Position numbers and translations under genes: made by a program
Part shown: piece by piece, positions 46,482 through 55,399 of the stretch
Position numbering within the stretch: the stretch's first letter is position 1
How the letters are laid out: the number at the start of each line of letters is the position of its first letter
Notes under the pieces: model-generated
The model's input: the letters and a program-made list of their open reading frames with translations, nothing else
What the model was told of the DNA's origin: nothing
Database searches by the model: none
NCBI GenBank assembly: GCA_022703055.1
Contig: JAKLEP010000002.1
Span: 224,480-288,479, forward strand
Direction: 5' to 3'
Length of the DNA: 64,000 nucleotides
From: Candidatus Omnitrophota bacterium
GTDB taxonomy: Bacteria > Omnitrophota > Gorgyraeia > VGKH01

Positions 46482-47585
46482 CTATTCTTCGTGCCAGTAA
46501 AGTATCGGATACTGCGAACCAAGCGACAAAACTACTTCCAGGTCACTGGCGACTTTCTTATCCTGATAAAGCCCATTAATATGAGCCTTAAAGATATCTG
46601 ACTTGACGATAAAGAATGTGTCTTTTAAATACACAAACAGACTCTCTTCAGCGCCGAATAAATTCAGCTCGCCGGGATTCTGCAGTTCAATTTTTCTATC
46701 GTCAGCAGTTAATTCTATCTTATCATCTCCTGCCCGATAGTCAACTATCTTATCAACCATGCTATCGGCTTCCTCTTGAGTTGTTGGAGGGCTGCCGTCT
46801 AAATCGGCGCCTGCCCGGGCAATAGCCAAAAGCACAATTTTGTCGGCGGTATTAACATTGACCTTCAAATCAACGTAAGCAAAATTGAAGATAGTCAGGT
46901 AATCTTTAATTTTCAAGAATAAATCTTTAGTGACGCCTCTTACCAAAAGCAATTCGTTTAAAGATTCAAATTTAGCGTTTTTGCAGTGATAGGGTTTTTC
47001 TAACCCCATATAATGACTGTCCTCTGCGCCAAATTCGCCATTAGTCAGGTCCGAATCGCTGTCCTGCCAATCAACGACAGAGCTGGCTATGGTCTTGGCA
47101 GTTTCGCCGTCAACATCTAAAAGTTCAAGCAGCTTCTCCAATACAATCTGATTCTGCGCATTTATAGCGTTAATATTGATTTTTCTTTCCTCATCCATCA
47201 AACCGTAAACTTTTTGGGATTTTCCGCCAATTTCCCTGTCATACTTTATCGAATATGATCCTTCCCCTAGCGGCTTATCTTTAAAGATATCCTCGGGAAT
47301 CTGGCCATCTGCCAAAGATATCCCGCATTGATACAAAGTATCATAGTTTTTTGTCTGGGAATTCATATTATCTTTGATTAGCTCTCTCAATGCCGCCTGG
47401 ACGCCAGCCTTAGCAAGATAATAACTTTTCAATCTATCTATAGCGTAACGATTGAGCTTTACGCCGATAGTATTTCTGTGACCCACTCCAACGGCAAGCA
47501 CGGTTAAAATAATAAGAATCCAGATAGTTACTATCAGTATTACTCCGGAATTATTAAATTTCGCTTTCAAGACTAGCATAATCAA
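46482..47585 (-). CDS. gspK: GspK-like minor pseudopilin
   Basis: 367 aa with an N-terminal hydrophobic segment (SGVILIVTIWILIILTVLAV) lacking the conserved Glu, and a large helix-hairpin-helix-like body (LNELLLVRGVT). Confidence 0.65.
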   Translation of the reverse strand: MIMLVLKAKFNNSGVILIVTIWILIILTVLAVGVGHRNTIGVKLNRYAIDRLKSYYLAKAGVQAALRELIKDNMNSQTKNYDTLYQCGISLADGQIPEDIFKDKPLGEGSYSIKYDREIGGKSQKVYGLMDEERKININAINAQNQIVLEKLLELLDVDGETAKTIASSVVDWQDSDSDLTNGEFGAEDSHYMGLEKPYHCKNAKFESLNELLLVRGVTKDLFLKIKDYLTIFNFAYVDLKVNVNTADKIVLLAIARAGADLDGSPPTTQEEADSMVDKIVDYRAGDDKIELTADDRKIELQNPGELNLFGAEESLFVYLKDTFFIVKSDIFKAHINGLYQDKKVASDLEVVLSLGSQYPILYWHEE

Positions 47586-47592
47586 TATTTTG

Positions 47593-48249
47593 CTATTTTT
47601 CCTTTATTTCTCCTACGACCCCTAAAGGAACAAAAACTGTCCTGTAAAATGTGGTTTTTGAGTTTGGATTTCCCGGGTTTTGCAAAGCCAGCTCAATCTT
47701 TACACCGGCGGGCAGCGATTCGCTATCCTGCCATCTATCTTTCCATTCTATCTCTTCGCCTTCACCTTCTGCGCCGTAAGGATAGCTAAATTTTAAGCCC
47801 TCTTTTGTGACCAGGGAACTAAGATTTTCTTCCGATTCCTCCTTGGACGATGATTGCAAGCTATCGATAAAATAACTTTCTTTCCTTTTAAAATAAAATT
47901 CCGTATCGCTATTTTTATCCTTGGGCTCCAAAAGGTAAGTAACTCTCTTAATTTCGCTATCGACAACTATGAAAAAAGATAATTTATCTGGTCCCCCCTC
48001 GAAAGCTTTAAAATTCGGATATCTGTCCTTATAGCTTAAAATTATGGCGTTATGCAATTCCCGAGATAAATTATCCAGGGACCATCTTGCCTCCTGATTT
48101 ACCCTATTTAAATCTTCAGACCTTTTCCAGGCGGAAGTCGAACTGAAGAAAACAGAATACAGGCTCGCTGCGATAATCGAGAATATTGTAAGGCCTATCA
48201 GCATCTCAATAAATGTGATTCCTGAATTATGTTTTATCTGCTTAATCAT
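47593..48249 (-). CDS. Prepilin-type N-terminal domain protein, GspJ-like minor pseudopilin
   Basis: 218 aa with a class III signal (NSG|ITFIEMLIGLTIFSII). Confidence 0.6.
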   Translation of the reverse strand: MIKQIKHNSGITFIEMLIGLTIFSIIAASLYSVFFSSTSAWKRSEDLNRVNQEARWSLDNLSRELHNAIILSYKDRYPNFKAFEGGPDKLSFFIVVDSEIKRVTYLLEPKDKNSDTEFYFKRKESYFIDSLQSSSKEESEENLSSLVTKEGLKFSYPYGAEGEGEEIEWKDRWQDSESLPAGVKIELALQNPGNPNSKTTFYRTVFVPLGVVGEIKEK

Positions 48250-48647
48250 TTCGTCTTATTCAATAGATAAGTCACTATTGCAATCTCGCGCCTATTGTTT
48301 TTCGTTGGCCAATTAACTGATACAAAAACTTTGTTTAGTATTCCTTTACCGCTTTCATCCTTGATGTTCTCAGTTTCTAGGGTATATTTAAAATCTTGAT
48401 ATGGCTGAGGGAATTTTTCTTCGAGTTTTAGTCCAGCATCGATAAAATATTTATTCTCCAAATACCAGAGTTTATCCTCTAGCAAAGAATAACCTGTGGT
48501 GTATTGCTTAATAACCTCCAAGGAACTAATCCCTGTCATTAAAGAGCGCGCTATAAGAGTAAGCCCGACGGAAAGAATCACTACCGTCACTAAAACCTCT
48601 ACCAGTAGAAATCCCTTATTATTTTTTGTAATCGTATTCCTGGACAT
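48246..48647 (-). CDS. Prepilin-type N-terminal domain protein, GspI-like minor pseudopilin
   Basis: 133 aa with a class III signal (NKG|FLLVEVLVTVVILSVG). Confidence 0.6.
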   Translation of the reverse strand: MSRNTITKNNKGFLLVEVLVTVVILSVGLTLIARSLMTGISSLEVIKQYTTGYSLLEDKLWYLENKYFIDAGLKLEEKFPQPYQDFKYTLETENIKDESGKGILNKVFVSVNWPTKNNRREIAIVTYLLNKTK

Positions 48648-49110
48648 AACCTGCCTGCGCCTCTGTGGTTATAGTATAAAATTTTTCATTTTTATTGGAA
48701 AGGTACATGCTGGCTTTATCAATTTTGCCGTCGGGATAGAAATTTATGACTGTCGCTTTAGCCTCAATACTTATACTTTTATTCAAATCAAAAACTCTGC
48801 CTAATTTTCCTTGAATTCTGGCAAAGCTATCTTTCTCGCTTTTTTTGGTCAACCAATATTTCTGATATTGGGTATCGAAGTTCAGGCGGTAATTTGCCCT
48901 TTCGGCTATTGCGCTGGCTTGTGCATAACGCATAAGATAGGTTAGATTGTGAGATGTCTCAGTAAGGAGAAAATTATAATAGGTATTACGAAAGTTGGGG
49001 ATAGCAAGAGCGCTGACAACGCTAAGCAATATTACCACAACTAATAATTCTACAAAGGTAAATGCCTTATTATTCCTGCGTATGAGACTCCTCCCAATTG
49101 TTGATGTCAT
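48619..49110 (-). CDS. Prepilin-type N-terminal domain protein, GspH/FimT-like minor pseudopilin; start uncertain
   Basis: Class III signal with Ala at -1 (NNKA|FTFVELLVVVILLSVV). The start is placed at ATG 49110. The track ORF start at 49215 would run 146 nt into gspG. Confidence 0.55.
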   Translation of the reverse strand: MTSTIGRSLIRRNNKAFTFVELLVVVILLSVVSALAIPNFRNTYYNFLLTETSHNLTYLMRYAQASAIAERANYRLNFDTQYQKYWLTKKSEKDSFARIQGKLGRVFDLNKSISIEAKATVINFYPDGKIDKASMYLSNKNEKFYTITTEAQAGYVQEYDYKK

Positions 49111-49513
49111 CTCCACCGCCTTCAACGCCGTCGGGACCGTAAGAATATAAATCATAATCTTCGGGATTATGAATCCCGGGAGAAACATAGATATAAGACC
49201 TGCTCCATGGATCAATCGGCATCTTCTTCTTTTTTAAATACGGCCCATTCCAATTCGCCGGAACCGGTGCTGAAGCTGGCTTAGCGACTAAAGCCTGCAA
49301 TCCTTGTTCAGTAGTCGGATATTTGCCATTATCGAGTTCATATAAATCTAAAGCCATGGCGATATTGGTATCGATATCGACTTTGGCGGCTGCTCTCCTG
49401 GCTTGTTCCGTGCGGCCAGCCATCCGCGGGATAACCATACCCGCTAAAATCAAAATGATAGTAACCACCAGCAATAATTCCACCAATGTAAAAGCTCTAA
49501 TTTTCTTATGCAT
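49070..49513 (-). CDS. gspG: T2SS major pseudopilin GspG
   Basis: 147 aa. It has MHKKIRA|FTLVELLLVV and the GspG signature DPWSRSYIYVSPG...YSYGPDGVEGGGDDINNW. Confidence 0.9.
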   Translation of the reverse strand: MHKKIRAFTLVELLLVVTIILILAGMVIPRMAGRTEQARRAAAKVDIDTNIAMALDLYELDNGKYPTTEQGLQALVAKPASAPVPANWNGPYLKKKKMPIDPWSRSYIYVSPGIHNPEDYDLYSYGPDGVEGGGDDINNWEESHTQE

Positions 49514-49525
49514 GCTATCCCCCTT

Positions 49526-50743
49526 TTAACGGACTATTAAATTCATCTGGAATATCGGCAACAACATTGAAATAACAATAAATCCTACAATTAATCCTAC
49601 GATAAGAATCAAAACCGGCTCCACCATCGAGGTGATAATCTTAATCATGTTGTCGGTCTGGCGCTCAAATGATTCTGCGATCTTAAAAAGAGATTTCTCT
49701 GGGCTCCCCGACTGCTCTCCGACGGCAACCAAATTTACCACCACTTCGGGGAAATACTTACTTTTTGACATAGTACTAGTAAGGCTTGAGCCATCCTTTA
49801 CATCTGTGACCATGCGCAGTATGTCTTTACGCAAAACTTCATTATCCAAGACTCCATAAACCGCATCCATCGCTTCGACCATGGTCACGCCGTTTGACAA
49901 TAAGGTAGCCATAGTTCTTGAAAAATGGGCGATTTGGGTCTTCTTAATTAATTCCCCAAAAAATGGTATCCCTATCTTAATTCTATCCAGATTAAATTTT
50001 CCCTCTTTTGAACTTTTTAGTTTTTTAAAATACAAAACAACCAACCCGATAATGATAAAAACTATCCACCAATATCTAGCAAAGAAATTACTCAGGCTAA
50101 TTAACATCAGCGTCGGCAAAGGTAATTTTTGCGACATCTCGGTAAACATAGAAATTAAACGAGGCACGACGAAGGTCAGCAAGATGAATATTGTCAGAGC
50201 GCCTATCGTGGCGATCAAAACTGGATAGGCGAGGCTGGCGCGGATCTTGGACCTGACATCCTCTTCTTTTTCCTCAAAATCGGCAAGCCTTTTTAATACT
50301 GTGCTTAAATTTCCGCCCAGCTCTCCGGATTTTATAATATTGATGGAGAAAGCATCGAATATTTGCGGATATTTAGCCAATGACGCCGATAAGCTATTGC
50401 CGTCTCGAATGGAATTCTTGATCTCGAAAATAATCTTTTTAAGAAGCGGGTGTTGGGTTTGTTTTTCAACCAGCTCCATAGCCTGAAAAATAGCTAGGCC
50501 CGAATCGAGCAAATCGGAAAGCTGTCTGGTAAAAATAACTTTATGAGCAGATTGAATCTTATTAGATAAAGAAAAAGAGAAATCCTGCTTATTTTTTGCC
50601 ACGGATTTCTCCTCTCTGATTTCCAACGGAAAAAAGCCAAGCTGATTAACTTTCCTTGCAGCCTCATCCTGATCTACTGCATCGACAACGCCTTCAATAA
50701 TATCTTTGGGACCGCTCTTGGCTTTATAAATAAATTTCGGCAT
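49526..50743 (-). CDS. gspF: T2SS/T4P platform protein GspF/PilC
   Basis: 405 aa with duplicated T2SSF domains and 3 TM segments. Confidence 0.9.
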   Translation of the reverse strand: MPKFIYKAKSGPKDIIEGVVDAVDQDEAARKVNQLGFFPLEIREEKSVAKNKQDFSFSLSNKIQSAHKVIFTRQLSDLLDSGLAIFQAMELVEKQTQHPLLKKIIFEIKNSIRDGNSLSASLAKYPQIFDAFSINIIKSGELGGNLSTVLKRLADFEEKEEDVRSKIRASLAYPVLIATIGALTIFILLTFVVPRLISMFTEMSQKLPLPTLMLISLSNFFARYWWIVFIIIGLVVLYFKKLKSSKEGKFNLDRIKIGIPFFGELIKKTQIAHFSRTMATLLSNGVTMVEAMDAVYGVLDNEVLRKDILRMVTDVKDGSSLTSTMSKSKYFPEVVVNLVAVGEQSGSPEKSLFKIAESFERQTDNMIKIITSMVEPVLILIVGLIVGFIVISMLLPIFQMNLIVR

Positions 50744-50822
50744 AGTTTTTTATTATTTTTTGATTTTATCATAGCTATTCGGTGTTTTCAAGACAAATTA
50801 AGGAAGTTTAATTACAGGAAAG

Positions 50823-52511
50823 CTATTCTTGTTGGGTAACGCGCAGAACTTCGGTAGGTGTAGTAAGGCCTCTCTTTATCTTGTCCCATCCGTCATCGCG
50901 CAAGGTCCTCATGCCAAAAGAGATAGCTTTACTTTTTATTTTATTTGACGGCTCGCGGGCAAGGATCATATCGCGGATATCATCGTTTATTAACAGGAAT
51001 TCATAAATTCCCGTCCTGCCCTTGTAGCCTGTGAATTTGCAATCATCGCAGCCCTTGCCTTCAAAAAGCTCCAATCCCGCAATTTCTGTCTCGGGGATAC
51101 CTAATTCTTTTAATATCTCTTGGTTCGGCTTAACCGGAACTTTACACTTCGGGCATATTAAACGCACTAATCTCTGGGCGATAAAACATTCCACAGAGCT
51201 GGAAACCAGATACGGTTCGATTCCCATATCCAAAAGCCTTGTAACCGAGCTTGCCGCATCGTTCGTATGCAACGTAGAGAACACTAAATGACCGGTTAAC
51301 GAAACCCTGATAGTTATCTCGGCAGTCTCAAAGTCTCTAACCTCTCCCACCATCATGATATCGGGATCATGCCTAAGCATCGAACGCAACCCCTGCGCAA
51401 AACTAAGGCCTATCATAGGGTTAATTTGGATCTGCGTTACTCCCGCTAACAAATATTCGATAGGATCTTCAATTGTGATAATTTTCTTGTCTACTTTATT
51501 AATCTGGGAAAGACAAGTATAAAGAGTCGTGGTTTTACCAGATCCCGTGGGTCCGGTAACAAAAATTATCCCATGAGGTTTTTTAATCAAAAGATCCAAT
51601 GTATCCTGATCTTGTTTAGAAAGGCCCAAATCGGCCAGGCTAAAAATCATGCTTGAGCTCAATATCCTTATTACGGCGCTCTCCCCGAAAGATGTCGGCA
51701 GAATTGAAACTCTCAAATCCAAATCCTGGTTTCCTACCCTCACCTTTATACGGCCGTCCTGGGGCAGCCTTTTCTCCGCGATATTGAGATTGGACATGAC
51801 TTTTATGCGGGAAATAATTGCAGATTCGAAATGCCTTATTTCCTCCGGCACTTTGGCGTCATATAGAACTCCGTCGATACGATACCTTATCCGCAGCTCT
51901 TTTTCATAAGGTTCGATATGAATATCCGTCGCTCTGTCTTTATAGGCTTCAAGCAAGATCTGATTAACAAATCTTCCTATCGTGGCATCGGCGGTAAGTT
52001 TGTCGATATCTTCGGTTGTGGAAACTTTTTCTTCCTTAAGGCCTTTCTCGTCAATTATCTTTTCCAAAGTATCTGCACCTACGCCATAATACTTTCGGAT
52101 TGCCTCGGTGATTTCTTTTTCACTGGCCAAAACAGGATGGACATCCAAACCCAAAAGCAATTTTATGTCATCGAGTACATTGATATTTGTGGGATCGGTT
52201 AAGGCGATGGTCAAAACCCTGCCTTCGATCTTTAAAGGCATCAATTTATAATGCGAGGCGAACTTAGCAGGGACATTTTTAATAACATTTTTATTTATAT
52301 TTACGTCCTTTAGTTTAACGTAATCAATGCCGAGCTGTTTAGATAGCACGGGGAGAATTTTGTCTTCGGTAGCAAAGCCAAGTTTAATTATGTTATCGCA
52401 TAAAAAACCGCCGGTTTTCTCCTGTTGACGCAGAGCGTTAACCAGTTCATCATCGGTGATTACGCCGGCTTCCACCAATAATTGTCCTATCGATTTCTTA
52501 TCTTTGGCCAT
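50823..52511 (-). CDS. gspE: T2SS/T4P assembly ATPase GspE/PilB with an MshEN-type N-terminal domain
   Basis: 562 aa. It has Walker A (GPTGSGKTT), Asp/His boxes and a tetracysteine motif (CPKC...CDDC). The N-terminus is SIGQLLVEAGVITDDELVNALRQQ. Confidence 0.9.
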   Translation of the reverse strand: MAKDKKSIGQLLVEAGVITDDELVNALRQQEKTGGFLCDNIIKLGFATEDKILPVLSKQLGIDYVKLKDVNINKNVIKNVPAKFASHYKLMPLKIEGRVLTIALTDPTNINVLDDIKLLLGLDVHPVLASEKEITEAIRKYYGVGADTLEKIIDEKGLKEEKVSTTEDIDKLTADATIGRFVNQILLEAYKDRATDIHIEPYEKELRIRYRIDGVLYDAKVPEEIRHFESAIISRIKVMSNLNIAEKRLPQDGRIKVRVGNQDLDLRVSILPTSFGESAVIRILSSSMIFSLADLGLSKQDQDTLDLLIKKPHGIIFVTGPTGSGKTTTLYTCLSQINKVDKKIITIEDPIEYLLAGVTQIQINPMIGLSFAQGLRSMLRHDPDIMMVGEVRDFETAEITIRVSLTGHLVFSTLHTNDAASSVTRLLDMGIEPYLVSSSVECFIAQRLVRLICPKCKVPVKPNQEILKELGIPETEIAGLELFEGKGCDDCKFTGYKGRTGIYEFLLINDDIRDMILAREPSNKIKSKAISFGMRTLRDDGWDKIKRGLTTPTEVLRVTQQE

Positions 52512-52576
52512 ATCAATCCTTAAAGCTATTATAGAACATTTTATAACATAACAAATTGATTTTCAAGAAATTAAAA

Positions 52577-52906
52577 CTAAACTTGGCAAGAGCACTTTTT
52601 GTTTTTAAGAATTTTGACCTGCCTTTCAGGAGAATCGACGTATTCCCTCTGAAGATGGCTTCCTTTAGCCAATCTTTTATCGAGGTTACTTTGATGCAGA
52701 TAACCTCTCTCTTTCATTTCTCGGACTAATTTTTCATGCCGCAGATACAAAGCCTTTAATTTCCCTCTCCATCTGTTGGTTTCCGGATGATGGGCATATG
52801 CTTTCTTGTCTTTGGTCAAGATAACCCACAAGGCATGCAACTCTCTATGCTCACCGAGCAGATGGTTGCGGCAAAGCTTCTTCGGATGAAGATCCCAGAT
52901 TCTCAT
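52577..52906 (-). CDS. Pyrimidine dimer DNA glycosylase / endonuclease V (DenV) family protein
   Basis: 109 aa. MRIWDLHPKKLCRNHLLGEHRELHALW is typical of this family. Confidence 0.75.
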   Translation of the reverse strand: MRIWDLHPKKLCRNHLLGEHRELHALWVILTKDKKAYAHHPETNRWRGKLKALYLRHEKLVREMKERGYLHQSNLDKRLAKGSHLQREYVDSPERQVKILKNKKCSCQV

Positions 52907-52926
52907 TAAATAATTGGATACAAAAA

Positions 52927-53319
52927 TTATGGCTTTTTAAATAAACAGAATTTCCCCGGCTCTGACAATAACAGTGTAATTAAAGCAGAAAGAATCACAA
53001 ACGGATATTCAAAACCTGCGGGGCCAAAAAATCCATTAGCTAAATGGACTTTCGCTACCGCTACGACCATAACAACAATTAATAGTAACGCAGCAAGCTT
53101 GGTAAACAATCCTAAAATGATAAATAAACCACCAATCAACTCAACATAGGCCACAAGATACGCCAAAGGCGTTGCCGGCGTAAGCCCTAATTTTGTAAGA
53201 AAGCCGGAAAAACCTTGTATCCCCGGGCCTCCCAATAAACCAAAAGCCTTCTGAAGACCATGCATCGTAAACATAATACCTATGCCCAATCTTAACGGAA
53301 CAAGCACCCAATCTTTCAT
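52927..53319 (-). CDS. DoxX-family membrane protein
   Basis: 130 aa with 4 TM segments. The start (LRLGIGIMFTMHGLQK) is typical of DoxX. Confidence 0.8.
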   Translation of the reverse strand: MKDWVLVPLRLGIGIMFTMHGLQKAFGLLGGPGIQGFSGFLTKLGLTPATPLAYLVAYVELIGGLFIILGLFTKLAALLLIVVMVVAVAKVHLANGFFGPAGFEYPFVILSALITLLLSEPGKFCLFKKP

Positions 53320-54443
53320 TTGGCACCTCCCCTTAATAAACCTGTTATTATGCCCATTCTATTTCTGAATCCGCGGCTGCGGTAAATGCACATAAAATAA
53401 TGAAGTGCAGTGGCAAACAACCCGCGAAAATTAATGCCAAAAATATTCCCGCAAGAAACATTATTCGCCATTGGTATTACGTACCCTAAGTCTACGGGCT
53501 TGTAGGCTTTTAAATTTGATCCTCTAATACTACTCATGATATTTTTTGCCGCCAGCTCTCCCTGATATATGGAAAATTGCACTGCCATCCTTAAAGGCTT
53601 ATCCTTGTAAGAAAATGTGCCGGCGTCTCCTGCTGCAAAACAATTATTGTTTATACGCAAAAACTCATCCAGTTTTAACCTCCCCTGCGGAGTTTTTTCC
53701 TTGTTTAAATTAAAAATGAAATCTGCCGTTTTTACACCGGCCGTCCAAATAAGCATGGCTTTATTGAATTCGGCTTTGTTAGACAACGCGACTCTATCAG
53801 CCTCTATTTTGTCCAAAGTAACATTGGTTAAAACTTCTATCTTGAGATTTTTTAGATTATTATTAACGTATTGCTTCATCCATTCCGGAAGCGGACCTAA
53901 AATACTCGGCGCCCTCTCAACAATTACTATTCTTTGATTTAGCTTTTTGTGATCTAGATATTTTCTTAAATTAGTCGCTACCTCAATGCCTGTATAACCT
54001 CCGCCTGCAATAATGAATGTATCAAAGATATTTTTCCCTAATTGGTCTAAAATAGCGATTGCGTCTTTAGTGCTGTCCAATTTAAAGCCATGCTTCTTAG
54101 CTGCCTCGTTGCCGTAGAAATTTGTTTCCGAGCCGGAAGCGATTATAAGATAATCATAATGATAACTATCTTTGGAGGAAAAAAGCGTATTATTCTCCAA
54201 ATCTATTTTTATAACTTCATCTTTTATAAATTTTGCGCCTGTCTTTTGGCAAAAATCCGGCAACTTGAATTCCAGAAAATCGGGGCGGATTCTCCTACCG
54301 ATGATATCGGGTAACATGGGCAAAAAGTTAAACTCTTCTTTGCTATCAATTAGTACAATATCAACAGTTTCTCCAAGTTGCCGCAATTTACTTACCGCGC
54401 TAATCCCGGCAAAACCCCCACCTATAATTATTATTTTCTTCAT
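53316..54443 (-). CDS. NAD(P)/FAD-dependent oxidoreductase, type II NADH dehydrogenase-like
   Basis: 375 aa with two dinucleotide-binding motifs (IIIIGGGFAG; FIIAGGGYTGIE) and GDAG. Confidence 0.8.
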   Translation of the reverse strand: MKKIIIIGGGFAGISAVSKLRQLGETVDIVLIDSKEEFNFLPMLPDIIGRRIRPDFLEFKLPDFCQKTGAKFIKDEVIKIDLENNTLFSSKDSYHYDYLIIASGSETNFYGNEAAKKHGFKLDSTKDAIAILDQLGKNIFDTFIIAGGGYTGIEVATNLRKYLDHKKLNQRIVIVERAPSILGPLPEWMKQYVNNNLKNLKIEVLTNVTLDKIEADRVALSNKAEFNKAMLIWTAGVKTADFIFNLNKEKTPQGRLKLDEFLRINNNCFAAGDAGTFSYKDKPLRMAVQFSIYQGELAAKNIMSSIRGSNLKAYKPVDLGYVIPMANNVSCGNIFGINFRGLFATALHYFMCIYRSRGFRNRMGIITGLLRGGAK

Positions 54444-55342
54444 AATAGTAAATCCAAGATTATTACCAGCCCGACTAAAGACTGCACCGCTATGGTCAAT
54501 TTGGAAGAATTTACCAGCATCAATTTGTCGTCGTGATACCGCTTTAAAATATTCGCCGCCTTAAGAGATAGTATTAAAAAAATTAACGCAAAACAAGAAA
54601 CCCAGCTTAAATATCCCATAATAATATTTAAGATTATGGATAGGTATCCTAATAATATTATCACAAGATAGATTATGAAGCCTCGGGATGAGCTGACAAC
54701 ACTTGCCCAGGTAAACTTATTTGATTTCATATCCGTTTGTCGATCGGGGATTTCATTAGAAAACAGGATCGCGGTGGTAAATAAACCAAAAGGCAACGAC
54801 AGCATAAAACTCCTTAAATCAGGAAAAATATGAGTCTGGATAAAATATCCCCCCATCAGCACTGCCGGACCAAAAAGCAAAAAAATTATAACCTCTCCCA
54901 TTCTACGATACGAAAGAGCCAATGGTTTATGCGAATAAGAAAAACCCAGAAACATTATCAAAATATAATAGCCGATAATTGAAACGTTTTTAAACAAGAA
55001 AGCTAAAGTCAAAATACTTAAAAAAGATATCGCGAAAAAGGCCACCGCGAGATAAAGATAGAAATTCAAAGGCAGGCTTCCTTCCTGGATAAGTTTTGAG
55101 CCGCCAAAGAAATTATAGAAATTCCTGTCTTGCCAATCTGTGCCGTACTTGGAATCGGCGTAGTCATTTATAAGGTTTGCCCCTAAATGCGTCAGCACTG
55201 CGGTCATCAAACCCAACGAAAACGGCACAAACTCAAAAATTTCCTTAAAAATAAACGATCCGGCAATAAAAGGTAATGCACTGGCGGTAGTAAAGGGAAG
55301 TCTTAAAGCTCTGATAATTTTCGACAAACTCAAATTATTCAT
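54440..55342 (-). CDS. UbiA-superfamily prenyltransferase, MenA-like
   Basis: 300 aa with about 8 TM segments and the Asp-rich motif NLINDYADSKYGTD. Confidence 0.75.
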   Translation of the reverse strand: MNNLSLSKIIRALRLPFTTASALPFIAGSFIFKEIFEFVPFSLGLMTAVLTHLGANLINDYADSKYGTDWQDRNFYNFFGGSKLIQEGSLPLNFYLYLAVAFFAISFLSILTLAFLFKNVSIIGYYILIMFLGFSYSHKPLALSYRRMGEVIIFLLFGPAVLMGGYFIQTHIFPDLRSFMLSLPFGLFTTAILFSNEIPDRQTDMKSNKFTWASVVSSSRGFIIYLVIILLGYLSIILNIIMGYLSWVSCFALIFLILSLKAANILKRYHDDKLMLVNSSKLTIAVQSLVGLVIILDLLL

Positions 55343-55399
55343 GATTTATCTACGGCATATTTTATTGCTTCGGATTATATAATATGATATCATAAATCC

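Noticed and set aside
55343-55399. The minus-to-plus strand switch of gene orientation as a replication origin.
   Set aside because: The spacer is only 57 bp. I saw no DnaA-box clusters or AT-rich unwinding element and no dnaA/dnaN nearby. A second plus-strand island at 31-33.6 kb shows the orientation bias is not absolute.
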